From the NCBI GenBank assembly GCA_030295235.1, contig AP026129.1:1116001-1180000 (forward strand): DNA of 64,000 bases, given 5' to 3'. The translations under genes were made by a program, and so were the position numbers. Positions 11,906 to 23,181 of this stretch are shown here, piece by piece. The notes under the pieces were generated by a model, which was given only the letters and a program-made list of their open reading frames with translations, was not told where the DNA came from and made no database searches. Position 1 is the stretch's first letter. The number at the start of each line of letters is the position of its first letter. Source of the DNA: Fistulifera solaris (Eukaryota).

Positions 11906-14456
11906 TTGACGCTCACACTTTATTTCACAACAATTTCCGCTTCTTCACCGCAGCCGACTGCCACCAGAAGATCGAACAAGTATACGACACCCGCACGCTC
12001 GGAGGTCGCTGCTCCTTCTTCAACGAATGAAGCGGTAGCTAATTTGGTCACTCCGAGCGATCCTATCATAGATGTGGCAGCCATTCGTACTGCAGTCACC
12101 AGCAGCCCTCTAGCAAATGAGCACGGAGATTCGAAACAAGTTCGTTTCGGGCCCGAGGATGTCACCGAGTCTCCTCGTCAACAAAATACTGGTAGAGGCT
12201 TAGTGTCGAGAAGAGGAGGACGATACGCCTCGCCTGGAAATCGATCGGTATTGATGAAGACACACTCGGAAGATAGCAACTCACTGGAAAAGGACGAACA
12301 AGCAACAGAATATGAATTTCAAAGTCCCAATTTGAAGCGCGATGAAGTTCCATGTTTGTCAAATGAACAACGTCAGGACAAGAGCAGCTCAGCATCCGAC
12401 TCAACCTCTTGTTTTTCAGTATCAGCCGACGAGGCTACTTCGGATCATTCCACAGAAAACAAGTCTTTGCGTTCGCCGAAAGCAGATGAAGCAACGAAGG
12501 TAAAAAAACACGTGCCAACTTTAACGAAACCGATGATTCTTGTTTCTCAAAGGTCGTTGCAGCCTCTTGCTCCTTCAGTAGACTCGCCGAAGGAGAATAA
12601 TTTCGAGAATTTGCCGTCCTGGGAAGAGCGGAAAGTAACGAGCCCCGGTGGTCCACTCTTTACAGCTCCTACGACGCCATCCAAACGCAATGAACCATCC
12701 ATCAATAGCTCTGCGTCCTTCGAAGAGGATCGAAAGCCTGAAAAGCAATCCCCTCGTGAGCGCTGCGTTCAGACACCCACAGATTTTGCGTTGGACTACG
12801 GTAAACAGAATCCAATGTCAAACGGTTCCTTTGATACTTCAAATGTGTTAGCGTGGTTGCAATCCCCGACTGCAAACGGTCTCTTTTCGCCAGGTGGATA
12901 TGGTACACTACTAAATACGCCTGGTGGGCCCCGAACTCCCCGAACGCCGACCGTCAGCACGTCGTTTTTCTTCTCGGACGTTGCCAGCTTACCGAGGGGT
13001 GATACACCAGCAGCTCGGGAAGAATCAGCATCGAAACGAAAGAACATTTCAAGCATTATTTGCATTTCGCCTCTGTCGTCTTCAAAGGCTCGAACCGGCA
13101 TCACTCCTCCTGCCAATTTGAAAGATATGTTCTCGTCGCCGCAAGAAAAGAGCAAAGCAAGGAGCTTACCACTTCTGAGCGATGACACACCTCGAGAAGA
13201 CAAACGAAGGACGTCACAACGCAGTGCCAGTAAGGATCCAAGTCTCGATGCCGTCCACTTAGCCGAACGCGATTTGATGGAGGACGAGGACATGAGCGTT
13301 TTGCTTCAGTTAGCGTCAAATACACCACGATCAGCGGGGGTACCACATCGTCCGGTCCGGTGTTTCGATCTCCAGCTGGTGGGAAAGGGGACCGGTCGGA
13401 AAGCGAAAACCTACCTGCTTTGCAACTTCCTATGATTGGAGGCCAGAATGGACGCAAGCCCAAGCCTGGGGAAGAGTTTACACCACCGCAACTGGGCATG
13501 CGCTCCGGGTCAGGCACTAAAAGCATTATGTCCGGCAGTGCTAGAAAAGAAAATGAGTCGGGAGACAGTCAAGAAGACAGCGACAACAAAAGTCCTACAG
13601 GGACATATCCTATGCATCCGACGTATCCAGGAGACGCACCAGCTTTCTATCCTCCGGCACCGCCTGGTATGCATGGTCCAAGTGGAAGCATGAGAGTTGT
13701 TGTTGGCGGACCACCTCCTAGCGCATCTCCGCCACGTCCTGGAATGAGCACCTCACCTCACCAAGCTGCTTCGTTTTACGATCATCCGTATCCCCCGCCA
13801 CCAGGAATGTATTCCCAATATCACCATGTGGGATACCCTTATCAATACTCTCACCATCCACCAAGACATATGCCTATGTACGGAGGTCATCAGCCTCCTA
13901 CACCTGTTGGACAAGACTCTATTCCGAAAAAAGGCGCCAAAAGACCATCAGCAAAGCTGTCAAGCGAGGCCCATCTTCACCGGATTCCAAAGTTACCAAG
14001 AAGCAAAGAAAATCACCGTCAAAGACGAAGAACAAAGTCACGCCACAGTTGGAGGGAGAAGACAGAGACAAGGCAGCTGCGTCGATTCTTGCCGTCAACG
14101 CTGCCAGCGGTGGAAAGAACGATAAGGCCGCCGCACTAGCAGCTGCTATTCTTCGTGGTGTTACAATGAGACCGTCTGGAAAATGGGTGAGTTTTTACAA
14201 CATCTTATTGGTCGATGCATTCTTTCTCCAGAGCTCTTCTCACTGATGTTTTAATTTCAGCAAGCCCAATTGTACTTCGCGGGGAAATCCAGATACATTG
14301 GAGTATTTGATTCGCGAGAAAAGGCCGCTTTGGCTTATGAAATCGCACGAGAAAAAATTGAAGCATGGCCCACAAGAACCAAATGGAAAGTCAACAGAGA
14401 ATCTTGTAAATGCCGCACGCAAAGCTGCATTTGATGGTGTAAACGAAAAATTATAA
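11906..14456 (+). CDS. AP2/ERF-domain transcription factor with long disordered Ser/Pro-rich N-terminus; intron 14187-14260; frameshifts near 13336, 13930-13942 and 14352; possible first exon near 11319-11482
   Basis: The spliced product reads RGVTMRPSGKW|QAQLYFAGKSRYIGVFDSREKAALAYEIAREK, which is an AP2 domain. Stop TAA at 14454-14456 after correcting the A6 run. Confidence 0.85.
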
Positions 14457-14608
14457 AATTGTATCTTGTATGTATTACAATTCACGCTGTCTTTAGCTCT
14501 GAAGAGAACTGTATAAATAGCAACGCTTAGAATGTCTAAACAAACCCGTAGGAACGTTCTCTTAATTATTATAATAGCATTATTACAACGCAAGTATGTG
14601 CATGGCGT

Positions 14609-15335
14609 CTATGCTGATCTCTCGCTATTCAACTGATCTACGTAGGACTGCCAATCTGAAGGTGCTGTTTGACGATTATTGCGAAAGGCAATTTGCTCTT
14701 GCTCCCGATTCCAATCGAACATTCTCAATGTAGACGAAATAGCTAGTTTGTATTGTCGGTCGTCGTCCTCATTATCTTCCGTCGCAAACGGCAAAAGCGG
14801 AAGATGCTTTTCGTCAATAAATTGTTCCTTCTCTTCTTTCTTTGTTTCCGAAAACAAAGGGTAAGACATGAGTTTCTCGTCGGGCGCCCGGAATGTGTCC
14901 CTTTATGAATGCTGTCCAAGCTTCCTCAACGACATCAAAACAGTGTCCGTCTGTAAGTGGCAAGCCTTGAGACTGCAAGACCGCTCTTCGAAACGCTTTT
15001 GACGATCTTATCGATTGAAATTCCAAATCACTTCGTCGGCAGTTGACATCTCGAGTCTGATAATGGTCGACTAAGGCGCTCGACAAACGGTGTAAACTGG
15101 TGCAGTTGCAGTCCGTTAACATGGGTCGCCCTTTGTTTGTAAGAACAACCTTTTGCCCCGCCGTAACGACTTTCTTCGCTGTATAATCGAGGCTACCTTC
15201 CTGATTTTGTTCAAATCGAACGACACAACCACAGGTAGGGCTGCATTGCTGTCCCCACGCGGCGGGCGACGCTACGGCGACATCCTTTCGTTTGCTCCGT
15301 GTAGCGGGTCGGAGAGGGTACAATAAGAATCTCAT
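14609..15335 (-). CDS. Divergent IscU/NifU-N-like cysteine-rich protein (probable frameshift near 14870)
   Basis: Three blocks align by eye with E. coli IscU: G....PTCGCVVRF..NQEG, C.S...SS...D and LP....HC....EEA..A.I. The basic N-terminus resembles a mitochondrial presequence. Confidence 0.6.
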
Positions 15336-16058
15336 TGTGCTTCTTGGTAGGAAATGGGTGTTGAACAAGACACTTTTGCAATCAATGGGATCGGAATTTA
15401 GAATCGATGAAGAAAATTATAAAGCTTACATCATCCTTTTTGGTTGATTGACCATCGACTGCTATGAGCTGTGATTGGTTCATTCGTCTTTTTGTGTGTA
15501 TTGCTTCATTTATTGTTTGTTTTAGCTATCTCGTAAGATGTACAAGGAGATAAGAAACAAGAAATTTTCTCAATACCGAACTTGTTTTCTTTCTCTTTGA
15601 CGCACTGATCGCTGGTATACGTGGTCAACAATATCACATTTTGCGCGATAGTCAATATTGACACCATTGATGTCAGACGTCCGGCATCTTGGCACTACTA
15701 TTTCTTCTTGTCGACGTCACAACACGTTCTCAGTCGCGTCACACGTCACCTCACATTCTAACCTTAGCCCTTGACCTTAGCTCGTAGAAGTCAACATGGT
15801 CTAACGTTCAACGTTTCAAACTTCTAAGGGATGAGATAAAGCACTTTCAAAATAACCTTACCGTGCAAGAGTTCTGACTGCATTGATTCCTGGGCAATTT
15901 TTAACAACCAATCTTTCATACGTCGTGAAGTCTTAAAGCAAAAACGGCGTTTCGACTTCTTCTCTAGAGAGACATCCAGCCTTTCATTACGTCTAAAACT
16001 AGTGGATAAGTCTTTCAACAGTTTACAATGCGATGATTTTCACGATGATGAAGGATTG

Positions 16059-16086
16059 GTGATGGGTGATGGGTGATGGGTGGTGG
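16059..16086 (+). repeat. Short tandem repeat (TGATGGG)x3 with G-rich flank
   Basis: The sequence reads gtgatgggtgatgggtgatgggtggtgg in the intergenic region upstream of the HMG-box gene. Confidence 0.6.
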
Positions 16087-16471
16087 CTGAGGGCACAACC
16101 ATCATGGTCGAGCAAGCTGCGTGGTCTGACGCAAGAGGTGGAGGTTCGTGCCTCGCACATGACGCCGCATTGACGAAGGGCGGGTTCCTTCATAAGAATG
16201 ATACAAATCACGAACGAGGATTGAGGATTGAGCTCCTGAGGTGAAGATCGTACGCTACGAATTTGAACGACAGACTTCGTCTGACTTGGAATGGCGAAAC
16301 TGTGACTAAAAACCCGGAAACTAACTTCCGGAAGCCGTAAGTACCGGATAGCAAAGGTATGGAGTTTTCTCATGATTTTTTCCAAGGAGGGAAAAGATGA
16401 AGGGCCAAAACCTCTTTCTTCAAATTGCCAAAAACAATGATTGATACACTTGTTATACATAGACCTTCACT

Positions 16472-17837
16472 ATGAGCAAATTGCCGGATAAAGCGATCGA
16501 GGATGTCGCGCGAGATGGAGAATCAGTCGGCAAAATCCTCCCGTCTTCGCTGACTAAAGACGATGACGGGCGAGATGAAAAGAAAAAGCAACAAAAGGAA
16601 AAGAAGCAAGAAAAAAGATCGACGTGCTAATCGTGTACAGGGTCAAATGCCGGCACCGCCATTAAGCGCTTACAATTTTTTCTTTCGCGCCGAGCGACTG
16701 GGAGGAAGTGATGGCAAGCGAGACGGGCCGAAAAGCCAAGATCAGGACACCCCTTCAGAAGCCGATACCAAAGGATTGTCAGATTTTCAAACGATGACAA
16801 AAAGTATCGGCCTCAAATGGCGAGAACTATCAGCAGATCAGAAGCGAATTTTCGAAGACCTCGCGAAAGAAGACTTAGGTCGTTATCGCCGCGAACTCGC
16901 GGAATACAATGAGGAAATAATTCGATCAACTAAAATCGGCCGGGCCTCTCTTGAAGGACGTATAAAAAGCGCCATTCAACATCGAACTGATGACAGTGAA
17001 AACGATGCGAAACCTTCTGTTGCGACAGCTCAGATACCGGAAAGCGGGGCTAAGAATCATACTGAATTCCCTGGTTTTCCAACCCAACAATTTGCACTGC
17101 CATCGACAGAATCCAATTCTCAACACTTTGATCAAATTACTAGCGATCCCCGAGAAAGTTTGGGAATGCAAACGGACTCAAGTGGATTAACGCGTCAATA
17201 CGAGCCAATGCTGCAACAATACGCTGCTGAAAATGTCATCTTGCAGCATCTCTTATCGGGCATTGCACAATCGTCACTAAGCACGTTGGAGCAATCTTCA
17301 CTTTCCCCGATATTCTCCCCCCTCTTGCATCAACTTCAAGATGCACAGGCATCTACGAGCAACGCTCGAATGGTAGACTCTGCATTATCTAGAGCAGCTC
17401 TTTTTGTACAAATGAATTATCTTCGAAACTCACAAATAGGTGGGAGATTCGACAACCTTCCCTCACTTTTGCATTCTCAGCAGCAGCCATTAGTAGCTCA
17501 AGAAGCGATTGCATGGCGACATCTCCAGCAGCAACTTCTCAATCCTCTCCAAAATTCTTCTTCTTCGGAGCCATCGCCAAGCATTGCAGAATTTCTTATT
17601 GCACAACGTAACAGAAACGTTTTCGGACATCTCGAAGTAGGGCAAAATCATCAGATCGGGTTACAGAACGTTTTTCGGGCGACACCGCAAGATCAACAGG
17701 CGCTTTTGCAGCATTTTAGTATGCAACCTTCGCACACCGGTTCAACAACGACGATCGCCACCACTCCGACGATCGATCCACAGGAATTACTTCGACAAAT
17801 GATGGCGGAAGAAGTAAGAAAGAGCCAACAAAGGTAG
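16472..17837 (+). CDS. HMG-box transcription factor with Gln-rich C-terminus (likely ATG 16472, with a frameshift in the A-rich tract near 16580-16617; the intact ORF starts at 16563)
   Basis: P.PPLSAYNFFFRAER...FQTMTKSIGLKWRELSADQKRIFEDLAKEDLGRYRRELAEY is an HMG box with an insertion, followed by a Gln/Ser-rich tail. Confidence 0.88.
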
Positions 17838-18463
17838 CACCAGATTACGTATTGGGGAAGAGAATCGACAAAGGTAGTCTCAAGTCATATGCATTTTTTC
17901 ACGTGAATGTCAGTGACTTTATTGTGGTTTCTTCTTCGTGTGCATCGGAAGCGAATATCAGTCAGATAAATAGAGGAAAGGCATCTGTCTTTGGATCGCC
18001 ATTATTTCCGAGATTGCTGATTGTGTTTTTAGCTTTGAAATGTTGTCGATCGGTTTGTCAACATTCATCACGCTATATTCATGATAAGTTTTTCATCGTC
18101 GATGTCAAACAAGGCATTTGTCGTTTATTTTTATCGGATGATGGCGGTATTTTTGGCTTATAACCTGTTACCTAGAACCCGTGACTCAAAGCCTACAGTC
18201 ACGGGCCACTGAAAACAGACTACACTGTTGTACGTTGAATCTTTACAACTGGCTAAAACTCAAGTACAACAACCGCACCCTGAAGATATACTGCTTAAAA
18301 AGAGTTCGCGCTTCTTTTCCTGTAAACGGGGTTTTGACAACACGCCACGAACCTCTAATCCGCGGAAATCCTCTTCTAGCTTAATGCTCGCTCTTCTTAC
18401 AGCAAAAGTATTACATGATGCTGTGAATTGTCAATTCGAATAACTTAAAGTGATCTTTAACAT

Positions 18464-20125
18464 TTAGCAAGTAATCTCCGTAGTAGGCACTTCGGTGTAG
18501 TTACTCTTGCCCCTGCATAACCCACGTCGGAAGAAGTGGCGGACAATGAAAGCAACGAGGATGACGACAAGGAGCACATACCAGCGAAATAGAACGGGCC
18601 TACGAGGCTGTGTCTGGATCCACTCACCATGGACCTGCAACAAACTCTCTCCATGTGAAACAACTACATCATCATCAATGATCGGTTCCCAGCCGTCCGG
18701 ATCGATCGTTGACGGATCAGGAAACTCGTGTATGACAGCCATATTGTCATTTGTCTTGAAAATGATATCATAACATGAACCGTAAAGTTCTTCACTTGGT
18801 GTGAACGGATCTTTGGCGATTTTGGGGAGCCATCCTTCATGAAACGCCCTCAAAAAGTCCCATTCGGCAAAAGCACCTCCTTCCATTTTCGCCGTCCAGT
18901 AAAACCATCCGGCACTGATACCCGCACCTGCAGCTTCGTACGAAACGATTTGCGCTTGTGCAAAGTGTTTCAGGAAATCTTGTCGATCGGGAGAAAGATC
19001 GCGGTCCAGAAAGGCTGCCGTACCATTTGCGGCGATACTGTCCATAATGACTCGTAAAACAGCCACAGGTAATGAATCTACCGCAACACTCCACTCTCCA
19101 ACGATTCGAGACACGCCACGAGAGATTTGCTGTCGGTGCGGTTCGTAACAACATCCTATCAGATCACGATGTTCGTTCTGGCACGTATAGGCAACATGTT
19201 GCCGCGGACTAAGAGCGCGGGGATGTTCCGCAAACACTTGATAAAAGTGCGAGTCCAGAAATGTATTCGCATAACGGGTAGGATCGAGCCACCAATGACC
19301 ATTGTTGAATGAGTCCGATGAGAACATATCACTGGCGTAAATTGAAACCTGCGGACCCATCGTGCTCCTGACAATATCCAGTCCTTCCTCTAGAAATGAT
19401 TCATAAACTTCCCGATCGCAGTCTAGAAACGGCTCATTCAGTAGACCAAAGCCGGTGACGACATCATCCAGGCCGTCTGCCACAATTTGTTCCGTAACTT
19501 TCCGAATTACCAGCAGACTCCGCTGCACATTCTCGGGTTGCGTCGACCATCCTTTGCAAGAAGCGTCCTTCAACGTTTGTCCCGAATTATCAAAACCATT
19601 TTGTGAGCCCGGTGCGGTGTGAATGTCAGGCCAAACTTGGAGACCAAGTTGACGTGACCACGCACAGAGACGTTGAAAGTATTTCCAGCGGTCCCCCACC
19701 ACCCAAGGTTCGCCTTTGTGCTTGTTTCCGAGAATCCAGTGAGGGAGAGGAACACGAAGATGTGTCACTCCAGCGTCTTTCAGGTCTTGAACGTCTTCAA
19801 AGGTGATAAAGTACTCAAAGTGGTAATTTAGCCATTGCTCGGCCGTTTCTTCTTTGGGGAACGCTTGCCCTAGCGTGTATTCGTCCATCGGATAATCTTG
19901 GCCATCGACCGTCTCCATCATAAACGGATGACACCGCTTCAAGTCACACAGTTGATAATCCGCATGATGCTTCGGTGGGGCACTGGCTTGTCCTGGATAC
20001 CAACAGAATTCACCCCGAAGATGACAATCGGTAACAGCGAACTGATACGGTGTAATGTAACGCTCCAGAACCAACCAACCGCCTATATTGACTCCTCGAA
20101 TCCATGATGGACGAACTTCGTGCAT
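18464..20125 (-). CDS. Glycoside hydrolase family 5 exo-1,3-beta-glucanase-like, with C-terminal transmembrane helix
   Basis: IRGVNIGGWLVLERYITP, HLRVPLPHW, DIHTAPGSQNGFDNSG, acid/base LLNEP, DSHFYQVF, nucleophile IVGEWS, GWFYWT. TM segment WYVLLVVILVAFIV. Confidence 0.92.
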   Translation of the reverse strand: MHEVRPSWIRGVNIGGWLVLERYITPYQFAVTDCHLRGEFCWYPGQASAPPKHHADYQLCDLKRCHPFMMETVDGQDYPMDEYTLGQAFPKEETAEQWLNYHFEYFITFEDVQDLKDAGVTHLRVPLPHWILGNKHKGEPWVVGDRWKYFQRLCAWSRQLGLQVWPDIHTAPGSQNGFDNSGQTLKDASCKGWSTQPENVQRSLLVIRKVTEQIVADGLDDVVTGFGLLNEPFLDCDREVYESFLEEGLDIVRSTMGPQVSIYASDMFSSDSFNNGHWWLDPTRYANTFLDSHFYQVFAEHPRALSPRQHVAYTCQNEHRDLIGCCYEPHRQQISRGVSRIVGEWSVAVDSLPVAVLRVIMDSIAANGTAAFLDRDLSPDRQDFLKHFAQAQIVSYEAAGAGISAGWFYWTAKMEGGAFAEWDFLRAFHEGWLPKIAKDPFTPSEELYGSCYDIIFKTNDNMAVIHEFPDPSTIDPDGWEPIIDDDVVVSHGESLLQVHGEWIQTQPRRPVLFRWYVLLVVILVAFIVRHFFRRGLCRGKSNYTEVPTTEITC

Positions 20126-20513
20126 ATTTGTGTGTGAAGGTGCTTTATATTTTGAGATAAGAGGAGTTTGATTAACTCCAATGCGCTATTCGAAAATGCA
20201 ACCGAGCCGAGAAAATTTTGGAAGAATTTATTTCTGAACGTGTCTCGGTGGTGTACCGTATGGTGTCGTCGGCTTGTTTTTACGTCCGGAAGGAACTCGC
20301 TGGGAGTATTTTTAATCATTTTAGAAATGTTAGGAAAAAGAATACTCCCCGGAAATATAGCAGGTTGGATGTGCACCACGTCGATGACGCCGAATTTGAC
20401 AGCCTCAACAATGACGCACAGTCATGTCAATGGTCAGTCACTCTTTGTATATGCACAATAGGGATAAAGGTTGGCCGTATTTGAGCAACTTCAACAACGC
20501 GAGTAACGCAACC

Positions 20514-20521
20514 TGACGTCA
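20514..20521. promoter_or_regulatory. Palindromic TGACGTCA (CRE/bZIP-type site) in the divergent GH5/sufD promoter region
   Basis: Exact 8-mer seen in the sequence. Function is inferred only from known bZIP/aureochrome preference for TGACGT. Confidence 0.3.
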
Positions 20522-20857
20522 TGTACAGTTTACACTCGTTGCGCAAAAGCGGCACTCATCCATCAAGATGATTGGCTTCATTGGACACAAAATTTCTGAC
20601 TCAATGGTTAAGCTTCCAATCTCCTTGAAGTTCACCGTGATTTCGACGTCAGCACTTCATACTACACTTTACCTCTATTGTAATTATACCGTTGGAAGCT
20701 CGATCAGTCCATCCATCCGGAATGAAAAAACATCAAGCGGCAAGATCCCATACCAGGTAAGCACAACAACCCAAACAGATCACTGGCTCTCCGTCGGCGT
20801 TTTTGTATTCCACAAGAGGTTATTGCTTTTCCAAATCAAGTTTTATCAATAGCAGAC

Positions 20858-22783
20858 ATGATCTTACGAAGATCTTTATTGCTGCTCACCTTGGCCGTAT
20901 CGGAGGCATTTCTTGTGCCTCGCAAGATACACACACCTGCTTCATCGAGCGCTTTACGTGTGAGTATCGGCCTCGGACCAGAGCAAGATCAAGAAAATGC
21001 CAAGGAGCAAGAGATTGTTTATGAAATTCCGAATCATGAGGAATATCGAACGTCTCGTCGCTCGAAATCAGATGAGCAGTGCGATCAGTGGTTTGCAGCA
21101 CTGTTGTCGGGGGCCGATAGTCCATGTCTGGGTGTTTTGGCCGAACAGGCACGAGCCAAATTAGAGACTCCGGTGCCTTTGGTGAATGATATTGAGAAAG
21201 ATACTGGCGACGAAGAATGGACGCCCTATGTCAGTACGAGATTACCTTGGACTCCGTTAGTACCAGCCTTTGGTTTGGAGCAATTTGGTCTTCCGATTCC
21301 GCGACGCAATGCGGAGACGTGGAGGCACTTTGATGTGCCCGGAATGGTACAACAAGAGTACAGCGGATCCGCACAGCGAGTGTCGCGAGAAGATTTTCAA
21401 CAACAAATGGAGCAGGCCGGTGTGTGGTTAGAGGATGATGCCTGTGAAGCTCGTTTGGTGTATGTGAACGGATATTTTGACCCAGAACTCTCCAAGACGA
21501 CGCCGGATGTATACAATCTAGAGGAGCTTCCGGAAGACGAACATTTACAAAAATGCTTGGGACGATTAACCGATGGCTTTACAGATGAGTTAGCGGCGGC
21601 TGTACCGAATGGAGAGCGCACCGAAACGCTCTATTCAAAATTGAGTTTGCCGGATCATAATCTAGGCGATCCGACCAGTCAGTTTGCCATAAACACTCAA
21701 CAAGGCACGGCGTGCTTTGCTGCCTTAAATACGATTAAGACGCGGGGTGTAGCTGTCGTACGCTCAAAGTCGGTGGTCGAAAAACCGGTTCTAATCATTC
21801 AAGCCGTGACACCCTCGGCGGGTGGATCACAAGAACATGACGGCGGCGTGGCGCTGCATCCTCGTTTACTCGTGGTGGTCGAGGATCATTCACGCCTGTC
21901 ACTGGTACAGTCCTGTCTGGACTTGAATGATGGTTTGACGCCTAAACCTAAGCTCTACAATGGATACACGCAAATATTTGTGGGCGCTGGAGCGAATATG
22001 ACTCATTCATACCTGGAGGAATCAGGTGGAATGGTTACAGCCGGTGTGGAAAAGGGGGACGAGGAATTTAGTGAGGGTGAACCAAAGGCTCGGGAAATTG
22101 AAGCGGCTCGACCTCCTCTCAAAGATACACATCTGGAAGCCATCGATGTTCACGTCACCGGGCGAGAAGGAAGATACGAAGGAACATTACTGAGTGTAGG
22201 TGGAAGTGGTCGCATTCGAGTCGCGCACTCCCTTTCCTTACTCCAACCCGCGACAACTGGAATAATCAACGGTTTTTCTCTTTCCGGTGGCACACAACGG
22301 ACCGACATGAAAACAAACATCCATCATATCGCCGCAGGCGCGAAAAGTGAACAATTGCAAAAGAATATGATTGGTGGACGAGCAGTTGGTGCATTCCGCG
22401 GAAGAATTCGAGTGGAACAAAGTGCGCAGCAGACCGATAGTGCTCAGCTGTCGCGTACAGTGCTGCTCAGCGACAAGGCACGCGCGTGGGCGGTGCCTTC
22501 GTTGGAAATCATTGCCGATGACGTACAATGCGCACATGGAGCGACGATATCCGATTTGAGTGAAGAGGAATTATTCTACCTGAGGTCGCGAGGTCTTGAT
22601 CGAGCTTTATCAAGAAACTTGCTGATGTATGCATTCGCTGGCGACATCTGCAGCTGTGTGGATCCGGCTCTTTTAGGAAGTGTTGACAGCAAAGAAGGAT
22701 TACAAAAGCGAATGATTCGAAAGCTGGAGAATCTGGTTCCACAAGGTGAACGTGCTATCACGGGTGAATTTCAAAGTATTTAA
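20858..22783 (+). CDS. sufD: Plastid-targeted Fe-S cluster assembly protein SufD
   Basis: Signal peptide MILRRSLLLLTLAVSEA|FLVP (ASAFAP-like). Motifs PRRNAETWRHFD, RLVYVNG, FRGRIRVEQSAQQTDSAQLSR, PSLEIIADDVQCAHGATISDL..EELFYLRSRG. Confidence 0.95.
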   Translation: MILRRSLLLLTLAVSEAFLVPRKIHTPASSSALRVSIGLGPEQDQENAKEQEIVYEIPNHEEYRTSRRSKSDEQCDQWFAALLSGADSPCLGVLAEQARAKLETPVPLVNDIEKDTGDEEWTPYVSTRLPWTPLVPAFGLEQFGLPIPRRNAETWRHFDVPGMVQQEYSGSAQRVSREDFQQQMEQAGVWLEDDACEARLVYVNGYFDPELSKTTPDVYNLEELPEDEHLQKCLGRLTDGFTDELAAAVPNGERTETLYSKLSLPDHNLGDPTSQFAINTQQGTACFAALNTIKTRGVAVVRSKSVVEKPVLIIQAVTPSAGGSQEHDGGVALHPRLLVVVEDHSRLSLVQSCLDLNDGLTPKPKLYNGYTQIFVGAGANMTHSYLEESGGMVTAGVEKGDEEFSEGEPKAREIEAARPPLKDTHLEAIDVHVTGREGRYEGTLLSVGGSGRIRVAHSLSLLQPATTGIINGFSLSGGTQRTDMKTNIHHIAAGAKSEQLQKNMIGGRAVGAFRGRIRVEQSAQQTDSAQLSRTVLLSDKARAWAVPSLEIIADDVQCAHGATISDLSEEELFYLRSRGLDRALSRNLLMYAFAGDICSCVDPALLGSVDSKEGLQKRMIRKLENLVPQGERAITGEFQSI

Positions 22784-23181
22784 AATTTATTTTAAACATT
22801 AATCTTCAGTTTAAAATTCAAAAGGTGTTTAATTATTGCCACATATTTTTCTACTGCCCCTTACCGTGATTGCAGGTGGCATACCTACTTTGGGAGGAAG
22901 ACAGCGATATTATGGATGGTTTGATGCCAAAGAACAATGACGATTGCAAAAAGAAACAAGCAGATTGCCGTCAAAACCCAAGCAAAGACGTAGCACAGAA
23001 GTTGGTTATAGCCGCACGCGATGCTGCAATCAATGAGGATTGTAAAAGCCAAATAAAACTGATAAACATATCTTCAAACTCTCCCGTCAAAAGCTTGTTG
23101 CTATCATTGTTTCATCCATTCCAGCGCTAGCGGAGAAATGCTTTGCGAGAGTTTTCGGTCATCGGCTGTCCGTCACTTTAG

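Noticed and set aside
15757..15783. Telomere-like repeat (ctaaccttagcccttgaccttagc)
   Set aside because: It is too short and degenerate, with no run of exact CCCTAA units.
16023..16460. 145-aa minus-strand ORF, and the many short antisense or overlapping ORFs in the track
   Set aside because: They have no recognisable motifs, and most are shadows of real genes on the other strand or frame.
542..22783. An Fe-S biogenesis cluster formed by the class-V PLP enzyme, the IscU-like gene and sufD
   Set aside because: The aminotransferase lacks a recognisable cysteine-desulfurase catalytic Cys loop. The predicted compartments differ (mitochondrion versus plastid), and unrelated genes lie between them.
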